Part shown: positions 40,268 through 51,778 of the stretch, in pieces | Numbering within the stretch: position 1 is the first letter of the stretch | How the letters are laid out: every line of letters begins with the position of its first letter | Origin: Octopus sinensis | Taxonomy: Eukaryota | DNA length: 64,000 nt | Assembly (NCBI RefSeq): GCF_006345805.1 | Contig: NC_043006.1 | Location: forward strand, 89,094,001 to 89,158,000 | Reading direction: 5' to 3' | Notes under the pieces: model-generated | The model's input: only the letters and a program-made list of their open reading frames with translations | What the model was told of the DNA's origin: nothing | Databases searched by the model: none | Position numbers and translations under genes: made by a program

Positions 40268-40558
40268 TTACACGACGTCTATAGAAAGTAGGCCATGACA
40301 TGAACCAAGTCCCAGATCCAGATTCAGAGCTGAACAAATGTGATCTCAGATTTAATGTTGGGTTCTTTGGTCACTGTCTTCATCTGCTTTATCGGCTGAC
40401 TTCAAATTAGTACTGCAAATAATGATTTGTTAATAATATATTGTTTCTTTGTTATTACAATAGTTTAATATACTTAATCTCAATTCAAAATTACGTTGAC
40501 TGAGTCAACAATAACAGATTTCATTGACAGATTACAAGTTTTCTTCTTTTTATCTGGA

Positions 40559-40589
<31 letters not shown>

Positions 40590-40599
40590 ATTGAGCGAA

Positions 40600-40960
40600 C
40601 GGTCTTCGTCCCAGAGCTCGCAAGATGAGAGAAGTCCGAAACGTGGTCCTTTGCTATTCGTAAGACCCGCAGAAGAGAGAGCAGGTCAACCCCCGACACC
40701 GAGAGCATCGACGGATGGATGAATGCACATCCAGGCTCAGCGGTTGCGTAGGAAGTAGGGGACAAGAAACAGGAAGAAAGAGTGAGAGAGAGTTGGAGCA
40801 AAAGAGTACAACAGGGACCTCCACCACCCCCTGCCGGAGCCTCGTGGAGCTTTAGGTGTTTTCGCTCAATAAACACACACAACGCCCGGTTTGGGAATCG
40901 AAACTGAGATCCTCCGACCGTGAGTCCGCTGCCCTAACCATTGGGCCATTGCGCCTCCAC
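40600..40960 (-). mobile_element. SINE family C
   Basis: Reverse complement begins GTGGAGGCGCAATGGCCCAATGGTTAGGGCAGCGGACTCACGG...TTTCGATTCCCAAACCGGGCG. Confidence 0.85.
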
Positions 40961-41127
40961 TGTTGTTGCTGCTTCTAACTTGATTGAGATGATGCTTGAT
41001 TTTTTTGTCTCGGCTTTAAGTTGGGGGTGTTTTGAAGGAGAAATAACTGTTATTTCTAGCAGCTGCTGAAGCTCATTCGTCAGTTTGTCACTTTGACTGT
41101 CGATTTAACATACTAACAATTTAAAAC

Positions 41128-41227
41128 NNNNNNNNNNNNNNNNNNNNNNNNNNNNNNNNNNNNNNNNNNNNNNNNNNNNNNNNNNNNNNNNNNNNNNNNN
41201 NNNNNNNNNNNNNNNNNNNNNNNNNNN
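41128..41227. other. Assembly gap (100 N)
   Basis: Run of N. Confidence 1.
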
Positions 41228-43549
41228 ATCCGTTGGAAAAAAACAAAACAGAACAGATGGCGAGGCAAAAACAATCGAACTAGGCTCCTAAGAGCCCATG
41301 GCAAAACTGTTTATCAGTGTATGTTGAGACCGGGTGTTTGAAGATTGTAACGGGTCAGGCCGCGGTCATTCCTGTGGGTAGGGTGTGTAGATGTTCTTTG
41401 ACCGGGATAAAGTTCTGACTATTTAAGGAATTTGGATGTATTATAAGGGCGGAAAAAATCTACTTAGAGACATGTGTGTGTTTACTGTTCTATATATGTT
41501 GTGTGCTGGCGCAGGTTGGCAAGAACTCCGTCAAGGGTAGAAACATTTTTTGTGTACGTGTGTGCGTTTGATCGCTCGGCTGTCAGTTGTTAAGCAGCTT
41601 CTACACAATGGCTACTGCAGTAAGAACCGTTGGGTGGTAGAAAAATATTTTATGTTTTATGTGTGCGTGTGTTCGTCTTATTATGCCTTGTCAAAGAAAC
41701 CCCCCGTCGTCAAAAACAAAGCCCGTTTATCTTAAGGAGTAATTCCCCTTGCAGTGGTTAATCATAATTATCTTAAAGGCTATTTCAGAATTTATTACCA
41801 GGGCTATGGGTGCAGGATTATTTTAATTAATAGCCAGATAAGTGTAACGCCGCCAATGGGGGCATCGAAAAGCCGACTGTAAAGTCCGTTTACCATCCGG
41901 TCTCTGGCGACAAATATGGAAGAGTTCGGAGACACAAAGGTTGCACTTCCTTCTGCCCCTATCAAATGGGAGGCCACCGACAAATTGACCATTCCAGCCT
42001 GTAGCTTAGCTTGAGTTCATATCCTTCAATCACCATATTAGCTTGCTGAGTTCCGTGGTCTGGCATTATTTTATGTCCCGAAAGTTGCGTAATGATTGGA
42101 GATTCGCAAAGCCAATCTTGACTATGATGCCCCTACATAAGCGTAGACATCTGAGTCCGTATAAACCTTGCATTGGTAGACGCGTTTTCTGATCTTGGAG
42201 TTGTTGCCGACGTGAATCTGATTCTGCTAGGATTAGTTTTCTGAAATTAGAACTGCGTTACTGTCACTATATTTGTACGAGAACTGCAGCCGCTTACTAC
42301 TTTATTTTCCCTACGTCACTATTAACTAACGGAATAACCCTTGATTCTCCACTATCTATCATAGTGCTGTCATTGCTAGTGCCCGTGGTGCTGCTATTGC
42401 AGGAAATGATGCTGGGGTTGCTATTGGGACTCTCTACCCTACTCCCATTGTTACCGTCAACTACAACACCCCTATTTATAACTATACCCCCAGTGTGTAA
42501 TCCTGGTTGGAGCTGAGACTATGAGTCACTGTACTGGCTCTCATATCATTATTACTACTATAATTATTCCTACTGAGCATTAACCGGGAGCGGAAGAGGC
42601 TGTGCCTCCGAAAAAGGTGATAGGTGTCTTAGTAAGCAGCCTATATTATTATGGGAGGCGATTATCGGTCGAGGTTTTTAGTGTTGGAGAAAGCTATCCT
42701 AACTTTATGCGAGTTAACCGTGGAGTAATATTTGGAATTTCTGGGGAGTTATTGGCGATGGCTTTGTCTAAACTGAGGGGGAGGTTATTCTAATCTGCTT
42801 ACCAAAGGGAATTACAAACCATATATGCTTATTCCTATCTGTGTGATGGGTCGGGACGCCAGCTCTCGCATTCGGGTGGGTGATTCTCGATGAATAACGG
42901 TTTTTGGTTAGTGTGAGATCTCTTCCCCAGAAATTCCAAATATTACTCCACGGTTAACTCGCATAAAGTTGGATAGCTTTCTCCAACACTAAAACCCTCG
43001 CCAGATAATCGCCTCCCATAATAATAGGCGCTTACTAAGACCCTATCACCTTTTTTCCGGAGGCACAGCCTCTTCCGCTCCCGGTTTAATGCTCAGTAGG
43101 ATAATTATAGTAGTAATAATGATATGAAGCCAGTACAGTGACTCATAGTCTCAGCTCCAGCCAGGGATTACACACTGGGGGTATAGTTATAAATAGGGGT
43201 GTTTGTAGTTGACGGTAACAATGGGAGTAGGGTAGAGAGTCCCAATAGCACCCCAGCATCATTTCCTGCAATAGCAGCACCACGGGCACTAGCAATGACA
43301 GCACTCTGATAGATAGTGGAGAATCAGGGTTATTCCGTTAGTTAATAGTGACGTAGTGGAAAATAAAGTAGTAAGCGGCTGCAGTTCTCGTAACAAATAT
43401 AGTGACAGTAACGCAGTTTCTAATTTCAGAACTAATCCTAGCAGAATAAGATTCGCGTCGGCGAACTCCATGATCAGAAACGCCGTCTACCAATGCAAGG
43501 TTTACACGGACTCAGATGTCTACGCTTATATAGGGCCTCATCGTCAAGA
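41228..43549 (-). mobile_element. Second copy of the RT-less GIY-YIG PLE, with its own fold-back and many small indels
   Basis: 41228-42920 is approximately the reverse complement of 3389-5185. 42921-43549 is a forward copy of about 3575-4225. The ORF is broken by indels. Confidence 0.88.
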
Positions 43550-43990
43550 TGCACGCCATGGAAGCCCCAGCAATGTCGTCCACATGCCCATTGAAATCAC
43601 CAGCCACAAAAGAAGGTCCCTGTCTTTCGACAATGAGGTTGGTCTGCAGTAGGTGTCATAGAAACTGTCTTTCTGTCCATCGGTAGCCCTGCTGAGGGCA
43701 TAGGCCGATATAATGGTTGCTAATCTATTATGAAGCACTATTCTAATCTTAGTATTCTGTCACTTACTCTGATTACCTCAATTACTCTATCTATCCATTT
43801 CTCAGCGATAAGTATACCCACGCCACCAACCCCGTCAGTGTTCCCTGCCCAGAAAATCTTGTACCTGTGTTCCTTGCCTGTGAGGAACCTAGCAGATCCT
43901 CCTCTCCACCTTATTTCTTGCATACAACATACGTCAACACGTCTCCGTTCAAGAATCTCGACTATCTCGCCAGACCTAACATGTTTTTGC
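43550..43990 (-). mobile_element. RTE-clade LINE apurinic-like endonuclease fragment
   Basis: IVEILERRRVDVCCMQEIRWRGGSARFL...GVGGVGILIAEKW...VSDRIL...IISAYA...KDSFYD. Confidence 0.85.
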
Positions 43991-44124
43991 GCCGTATGGT
44001 CACCACTATATATAGAAGGGGTGGTATTGGTTTAAGGCCTTTAGGTGTTCATGGAAGAAAAGCAAAGGAAGGCAAGGTGAGATAAGGACTTCCGGTACTG
44101 GTGGTCGGGGCGGGAGGGCGGGCG

Positions 44125-44692
44125 CACTGCGCACTGGGAGAAGACGAGATTTAGGCGGCAGTAAGAAAGGCAAGATTTGAGATGGAAAGGTTTGCGGTCG
44201 TGTGCATAATTTTCTATGAGTGGAAGTTGGGAAAGATGGGTTAGAGAATTAAGCGACAGAAAGACCAGATTTGAGAAGAAATGTTTTTTTTTTTTTGCGG
44301 TCGTGTGAATAAGTTTTTGTGAGCGAAAGTTTATATGCTTCAGCTAGCATTTGAGACGAAGGATAACGATAATATATGGGGGACACAATAATAAGGCTTG
44401 ATGGTGATAATAATACTTGCAAAAACAATGAAAGAGGGACAGGTCGTGAACTTAAATATGACTTAGCTGATATTATTCATCATCCTGCGGTTTGTAGTTC
44501 GTGTGTTATAGCCAGGAGGAAAGCAATAATAAGGGCGGTCAAGCCTCGTGCGTAGGGTTTTATAGGGGAGGGGGAGCGGGGGTGTGGGTAGAAGCCTGTG
44601 GCAGCGAGTGAAAGTGAAATATATAGAGAGAGGGAGAGAGAGAGAGAGAGAGAGACAGCGATAACAGAGGGAGAAAACGACACCGCAGAGAA

Positions 44693-44728
<36 letters not shown>

Positions 44729-45180
44729 GGAGTGAGAGAGAGACATGGTGATAACAGAGGGGCAAAAACGACACTGCGCACTGGGAGAAGACGAGATTTA
44801 GGCGGCAGTAAGAAAGGCAAGATTTGAGATGGAAAGGTTTGCGGTCGTGTGCATAATTTTCTATGAGTGGAAGTTGGGAAAGATGGGTTAGAGAATTAAG
44901 CGACAGAAAGACCAGATTTGAGACGAGATGTTTTTTTTTTTTGCGGTCGTGTGAATAAGTTTTTGTGAGCGAAAGTTTATATGCTTCAGCTAGCATTTGA
45001 GACGAAGGATAACGATAATATATGGGGGACACAATAATAAGGCTTGATGGTGATAATAATACTTGCAAAAACAATGAAAGAGGGACAGGTCGTGAACTTA
45101 AATATGACTTAGCTGATATTATTCATCATCCTGCGGTTTGTAGTTCGTGTGTTATAGCCAGGAGGAAAGCAATAATAAGG
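44125..45180. repeat. 647-bp tandem repeat (about 1.6 units) containing (GA)n tracts
   Basis: CACTGCGCACTGGGAGAAG starts at 44125 and 44772; the units are near-identical. Confidence 0.92.
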
Positions 45181-45471
45181 TATTTCTTTATTATGATTAT
45201 AAAAATCGATTACACAGAAGGACAAATACAGGACATACATACAAAAAAACATTTAAGAGATTCGATTAAAAATTTTCATTTACATTCATTATAATATAAT
45301 GTCCTTTACATGACCAGTAGAACAAACAACAGTACATGAACTTATAATCTCACTGGAGTTTTTACACCCCGGCAATTTATGAGGCCCTGCAGCTTTTATT
45401 TCCTCTCTTTCCTCCATGGTCAAGCTGGGTTTCTGACACCCACCTTTTTTTCCACTTCCTTCCATCTTTTC

Positions 45472-48400
45472 TCATACACACCGCGGTAAGATCCTCTTTT
45501 CCAGCCCCATTTTGCTCTTCAGATGATATCTGAAGTAAGTGAGCAAGCTAGGGCCGGAGACAAAGGATCCTATCGCGGCTCCTTCCATTCTTGTTCTCCA
45601 CATGCATTCTTTTACTACTGCAACCGTGCAGTGAAAACATGCCTCACCTTCCTTCGAGAGTCCAGTTGGTGGTATCATCTTAATCATAGACTCAGCCGAC
45701 AGCTGTACTCGTCCCAGATGCGATAACACGTGTTCTGCGTAACTTATCAAGTCGGACAACTTCCGACAGTGAACAAAAGCGTGCTGGACGGTTTCATCGT
45801 CCAACTCGCACCTTGGACACGTCGGTGGCACTGAAACTCCGTGCCGTGATAACTTCTCGCGAACAGGTAAAGCATTCCTATAGCACTGCCAGGCCAGGGA
45901 TCTTTGGAAATTATCCAAATACCCCGACCTGAAAGCTTTTTTAAACAGGTTGGCAAGCTGGTCTTCATCAAACCCCAGAGCCCCTCCTAGGACGTCGTCG
46001 TTTTTTGCCTCTACCAGCCCTCTATAAAATACCGAGGTGGTATTTCCGCAGCCGGCCTTGCCCGCCTTGTGGATCAGCGTGAGTGCCTGTCGGCACTCCT
46101 TTTGCCATGGAGTCAGTTTCCATCTTTTGATGTAACCGGGTTTAAAATTCACTAAGGAGGCCGGTCTCGGGAAAAATCCCCCTGCCAGCGGACTCCACAC
46201 CTTATCACCCTCCAGGTGGTGCCAGAGATGCCTTAGCCTCAACGCATGTCTGCGCATCATCAACCAAGGCATCCCTAACCCACCCTTTAACGGTTCTTGG
46301 CAGCAAACGGAGCGCCTCACAAGTGGCTTTCCTCCTTTCCACAAAAAGCGGAAAAGGATTCGCTCCAACTTGTTAAGCCATGAATCGGGGCAAGGGACAA
46401 CGGTCAGGCGGTAGGTGATTACAGATGCAATGAACATCTGCACCACCTCCGCCTTTCCTTTCAAGGACAGAGACCTTCCGGACCAGGTCCGTACTATGGC
46501 CTCCACCTTGCCTGTCACCTCACTCCAGTTCTTCTCCGTTTGGGAGTCTGGTCCAAACCAAACTCCCAGCAACTTAACAGGGCCATCCGTCCAGTGTCCC
46601 ACGACACTGGACGATATCGACTTGCTCCTCCAGGTGCCGAGGCGCAAGCCAACCGATTTGTCCTTGTTAACCTTTGCTCCTGCCACCGCCTCGTATCCTC
46701 TGATAGCGTCCTCTACACAAGGTAGTTGGGCCTCTTTGGACACGATGAGGGTGACGTCATCCGCATAAGCAGTAACCATCCTCCCACCTCCGATTTCATC
46801 CGAGTTACTCCCCAGCCTCTCCAACTTTCGTAGCAATGGCTCAAGAGCCAATACGTACAAAAGTGGTGACAAGGGGCACCCCTGACGCACTGAACACTCG
46901 ATCGAAAACGGTTCCGTTAGGTAACCGTTTATCTGGACGGGGACTTGATGCCGCTATACATAGCGGAGATCACCCGCGAAATTCAGGGCCCAGCCCAGCC
47001 GCTTCGAGGACCGTCGACAGGTACCCATGGTCTACCCTATCGAAGGCTTTACTTTGGTCTAAATGGACCATTACCCCGCCTTTGCCGGCTAATTTACCCA
47101 CCCTATCTAAGGTGTAGCGTATAAGGTGAAGATTGTCCTGGATCGACCTGCCTGGAATTGCACATGTCTGTGCTCTCCCTACAAGTTTCTCCACGACAAC
47201 CGTCAACCTTTTTGCTAACACCTTGGCCAAAATCTTTAACTCTACATTAAGTAGAGTTATGGGCCTGTAGTTACTAATATTATCCCCCTTGCTCGGGTCT
47301 TTCTGGATTAGCGTCACCACTCCCCGGCTTACAGAACTGGGAATTCTCCCATTCTGCTGCCAGTTCGTGTAGACGCCCGCCAGTATTCCCCCGAACAAGT
47401 CCGGCATACTTTGGTAAAACTCGTAGGGCAGACCATCCAACCCCGGCGACTTCTCCCCGGCGCATTCGGCCAGAATCTCCTTTATCTCCGCGGGAGTGAT
47501 CGCTCCTTCACAGCACTCCACCTCACGCCCCGCCGGCTAGGAAGTCCTTTAAGGCTCTCCCCCGATCCAGCGGACCACCACCCCCAAACACGCGAGCGAA
47601 ATGCTGGTGAAGAAACTTTTGCATCTCCTCCTGTCCATAGATCTTTTGTCCCTGTTCGTCAGTCAAAGATTTGATTGAGGCTCTGTTGCCTCTCTGACTC
47701 TCCACACGACGGGCCTATCCGGCCACGTTAATACCTTCTCGTTTCCCAGCGCGCAGCTTAGCTCTGACCCTGCAACCTTCGTGTTTGGAGTTAAGGTGAC
47801 GGTACAATACCGTCCTTGCTGCCAACACTCCGGATGCAGAGCCAGCTTCCATTGCCTCGTCTAGATTCTTAACTAAATCGCCCTCTAGACTAACCCTATC
47901 TATCCTTAGCTGATTGCTAAATCTAACGGACTCTAAACGAATGGCTCTTTTGAGGGCGTGCCACCATCTATTGTTAATGATGGTGCCACACAATGCCCTC
48001 TGAACTAACACCTTAATCCGGGTACGGAAGTCTTCACAATTCAAAATAGCCTTGTTCAGCTTCCAGTACCCGGGTCCCTGTCTATGACACTTGTCTAATT
48101 GCATCTCACACGTCACAAATTTGTGGTCCGAGTAAGGTACAATATGAAATTGTGGACAACTAAACGTATCCTTATCTCTTTTCTTAATAAATATCCTATC
48201 TAGATACGATCTGTGTGAGCCGTCGTTGTTACTCCACGTCCACTGTGGAACGCTCGGCTCATCCAGTCGGTAACGGTCCACTAGATCAAAGCTCTCTAGT
48301 AGACCCTTGAAGCTAGGGTTCCCCTTCCTATTGGTTGAGCCAACATTGTCGATGTGCGCTTCAAGGACAGTGTTAAAGTCCCCTACTAGGATTACTGTTT

Positions 48401-48791
48401 TCGACGTCGCTAAAAAGGGCTCCAGGTTCCGAAAAAAACCCGTCTGTCTACCCTCGTTCGGGGCGTAGACAGCTACCAACCTGAAGGACTGTTTACTTAC
48501 GTGAGTCACATCCAGGACAACCAGCCTGCCTTCTGGGTCCAGAAAGACAGTACTTACCTGCAAGTCCAAGCTCTTCCTGATGAAGACTGCCACGCCTCTG
48601 CCTCCTCCTCGGCTAGGAGAAATAAATTTCTCGAAACCATTTAGAAGAGGCGAGAACGCTTGGGTCTCGCTCATCTTGGACTCGGTTGCAATAGCAATAT
48701 CTACACCATGTGTCGTGAGGTCGTTCAGGAAACAAATTTGTTTCCGTTTCGACCCCATTCCACGTACATTTATACAACCCAGCTTAGCCAT
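45472..48791 (-). pseudogene. ORF2 (endonuclease and reverse transcriptase) of LINE copy 1, disrupted
   Basis: Relative to copy 2 it has a TGG-to-TAG stop at about 47715, a deletion at about 47530, and frameshifts at about 46940 and 45480. Confidence 0.9.
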
Positions 48792-48819
48792 TGTAGGTGA
48801 GAGAGAAAAATAAATGTAC

Positions 48820-50235
48820 TCACGGTTGGGAAAGGGAGCATGACAGTTTAAATCTGCCTGCTTCCCCTTCTTCCGCTGCTGCAGGGCTCTTGACCGGCGT
48901 TGCCACCGGGCTCTGGGTGGGTGTGGTTGCCGGGGTTATTATCAGTCTGCCCTCCATTACCTCTTTGGTCACGTCTCTTATTAGTCGGTTCCTCAGATGT
49001 TCCTGAAGAACCTCCTCCTTCCACTCGTCCTCCCCTACCTTCACGAAGCGAGCGGTTGCTTTCACATCTGTGGCTCTACTATACAATACAAATCTTGAAA
49101 ATTTACAACACTTATACACTCTTTCGTTTTTCTCGTCGAAAGCTATTATCCTCTCGTTCTTCTGTAAACACTTTTTTATGTCTTGTTTTATGGGGAGGGG
49201 CTTGGCAAACTGTTTTCCAATGAAAACAGTGCCATGGGGGTAGGGTTGGGGGATTTGCTTGGTGTGTGTGTCTGCTGTTTTTTTCTTTGTTTGGGGAGGG
49301 GAGTCCTGGGTATTATCTTTTTTTCTTTTATGAGTGACTTGTGTGTAGTCCATTGGTTCTGTACAGTCTGTTTTCGTTTCCGTACTTGTCTTCGTCTTTT
49401 TGTTGTCTTTTCCTGTTTTCTCCCCTTCAGTGTTGGGGACACTTTGAGGAGGCGCTTCTTCTGTTCTCTTCTTTTTTATACAATTTGATCGGACGTGGCC
49501 CTTCTCTCCACACTTGAAGCATCTGGGTCTACGTCCCTCTACCGAAACTCTCATTGACGTACCGTCCTCATTGAAGATTCTATCGGGCAGGTTTTCTAGG
49601 ATTTTGTTCTCCGCCTGCACGAGGAGCTCCAGGGTCTGACCCTTCCACCGTACCACCTCTTTCCTTCTCATCTGCAGTATCGATATCTCTCGTTCAATGT
49701 TGTGCAGGACCGCCGCTGCTACCCACATGATGTCGTACCCTCTGGGTATGTCCTCTATCAGTAACTTCGCTGTACGCTTCCCCATGTACGAGGGTAGCAG
49801 CATGATGTCGTCGTTTTTTAGGGTCAACGACGACACCTCTCTCGCCACCTCGGCCGTGTCAAAGTGCGCCTCGACCGTAGCACTGCGTGCACCTCTAACG
49901 ACATGACGAATTTTGTCCCAGACCGGGGACAGGCACTTTTCGACTATTTCATTCTTTACATCCATTATCTTCTTCTCTTTAAAGCTGTATACTTTGTAAA
50001 TAACTATTCTCTCTTTAATCTCTTGTACTTTTGCCTGCGGCGGTACAAGCCTTATTTCGCCTCCTTCCACTTTTACCAGGTTCCTGAATTCGTACAATTG
50101 TTCGATTTTAAACTCTACGTCCATCATGGCGCCGCCTACCGCGGCCGAAAATGACTGTTTGGGTACTTCTTTATCCTTATTTTCACTTTTTCCCATCACG
50201 GGAAAATCCTTCTTCGACGTCAAGTCGAAATCCAT
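48820..50235 (-). CDS. ORF1 (gag-like nucleic-acid-binding protein, 471 aa from ATG) of LINE copy 1
   Basis: Open frame; RPRCFKCGEKGHVRSNC (CX2CX4HX4C); basic low-complexity C-terminal half. Confidence 0.88.
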   Translation of the reverse strand: MDFDLTSKKDFPVMGKSENKDKEVPKQSFSAAVGGAMMDVEFKIEQLYEFRNLVKVEGGEIRLVPPQAKVQEIKERIVIYKVYSFKEKKIMDVKNEIVEKCLSPVWDKIRHVVRGARSATVEAHFDTAEVAREVSSLTLKNDDIMLLPSYMGKRTAKLLIEDIPRGYDIMWVAAAVLHNIEREISILQMRRKEVVRWKGQTLELLVQAENKILENLPDRIFNEDGTSMRVSVEGRRPRCFKCGEKGHVRSNCIKKKRTEEAPPQSVPNTEGEKTGKDNKKTKTSTETKTDCTEPMDYTQVTHKRKKDNTQDSPPQTKKKTADTHTKQIPQPYPHGTVFIGKQFAKPLPIKQDIKKCLQKNERIIAFDEKNERVYKCCKFSRFVLYSRATDVKATARFVKVGEDEWKEEVLQEHLRNRLIRDVTKEVMEGRLIITPATTPTQSPVATPVKSPAAAEEGEAGRFKLSCSLSQP

Positions 50236-50427
50236 TACCTTGCAGGTAATAAAAACGCAGGTAATACAAAATTTTCTGCCCCATAGGGCGAAAATTACCG
50301 TTATACAACGGGCACTGTTCAAAACAGTTAGCACAAACAATAATAGCACAACTCCGAACTCTCTTAAATGAAGGCAGCAATTTTCTCACAACGCAGACGA
50401 AAAAAGAAAGCAACGCAGACGAAAAAA

Positions 50428-50821
50428 GAAAGCAATAATAAGGGCGGTCAAGCCTCGTGCGTAGGGTTTTATAGGGGAGGGGGAGCGGAGGTGTGGGTAG
50501 AAGCCTGTGGCAGCGAGTGAAAGTGAAATATATAGAGAGAGAGGGAGAAGGTTGAGAAAAAGAGGGGACAAAACAAACGTTGGGGTCAGCGTATCGAATG
50601 AGACGAAACATGAATAAACAAACAATTAATATATATACAATGAGAATGAGTGATTAACAAAAAATGAAGCGGAGGACGCGGTCGACCCCACAAACCACAT
50701 ACTCACACTGAAGACTTTGCTTTATCCTTTTTTACATTCTCGATTAAATAGGTTCTTTCACTCGCAACATACTTGCTAGAGAGACAGCGATAACAGAGGG
50801 AGAAAACGACACCGCAGAGAA

Positions 50822-50857
<36 letters not shown>

Positions 50858-51523
50858 GGAGTGAGAGAGAGACATGGTGATAACAGAGGGGCAAAAACGA
50901 CACTGCGCACTGGGAGAAGACGAGATTTAGGCGGCAGTAAGAAAGGCAAGATTTGAGATGGGAAGGTTTGCGGTCGTGTGCATAATTTTCTATGAGTGGA
51001 AGTTGGGAAAGATGGGTTAGAGAATTAAGCGACAGAAAGACCAGATTTGAGACGAAATGTTTTTTTTTTTTTTGCGGTCGTGTGAATAAGTTTTTGTGAG
51101 CGAAAGTTTATATGCTTCAGCTAGCATTTGAGACGAAGGATAACGATAATATATGGGGGACACAATAATAAGGCTTGATGGTGATAATAATACTTGCAAA
51201 AACAATGAAAGAGGGACAGGTCGTGAACTTAAATATGACTTAGCTGATATTATTCATCATCCTGCGGTTTGTAGTTCGTGTGTTATAGCCAGGAGGAAAG
51301 CAATAATAATGGCGGTCAAGCCTCGTGCGTAGGGTTTTATAGGGGAGGGGGAGCGGAGGTGTGGGTAGAAGCCTGTGGCAGCGAGTGAAAGTGAAATATA
51401 TATAGAGAGAGAGAGAGACAGCGATAACAGAGGGAGAAAACGACACCGCAGAGAAAGAGAGAGAGAGAGAGAGAAAGAGAAAGAGAGAGAGGGAGTGAGA
51501 GAGAGACATGGTGATAACAGAGG
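50428..51523. repeat. 647-bp repeat units between the two LINE copies; one unit has an insertion of about 240 bp at about 50545-50780
   Basis: Same blocks as 44125-45180; CACTGCGCACTGGG at 50901. Confidence 0.9.
50467..50474 (-). promoter_or_regulatory. TATA-like box (CTATAAAA) about 40 bp upstream of the LINE 5' junction; recurs in each repeat unit
   Basis: Sequence motif in GC-rich context only; no functional evidence. Confidence 0.35.
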
Positions 51524-51778
51524 TATTTCTTTATTATGATTATATAATCACACATAGAAGGACAAATACAGGACATACATACAAAAAACATTTAAGAGAT
51601 TCGTTTTAAAAATTTTCGTTTACATTTGAATTATTCGTTTATAAAAATAAAAATAAATGTCTTTTATATGACCTAGTAGGACAAACCACAGTACATAACT
51701 TATGATCTTCACTGGAGCCTCTACACCCCGGCAATTTATGAAGCCCTGCAGCTTCCACTTCCTCTCTCTCCTCCATGG

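Larger units (their letters stand above)
45181..50427 (-). mobile_element. Full-length Tx1/L1-type LINE, copy 1 (about 5.25 kb)
   Basis: ORF1 with a CCHC knuckle and ORF2 with APE, RT and a C-terminal zinc finger. Flanked by the 16-bp direct repeat GAAAGCAATAATAAGG at 45165-45180 and 50428-50443. Confidence 0.93.
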
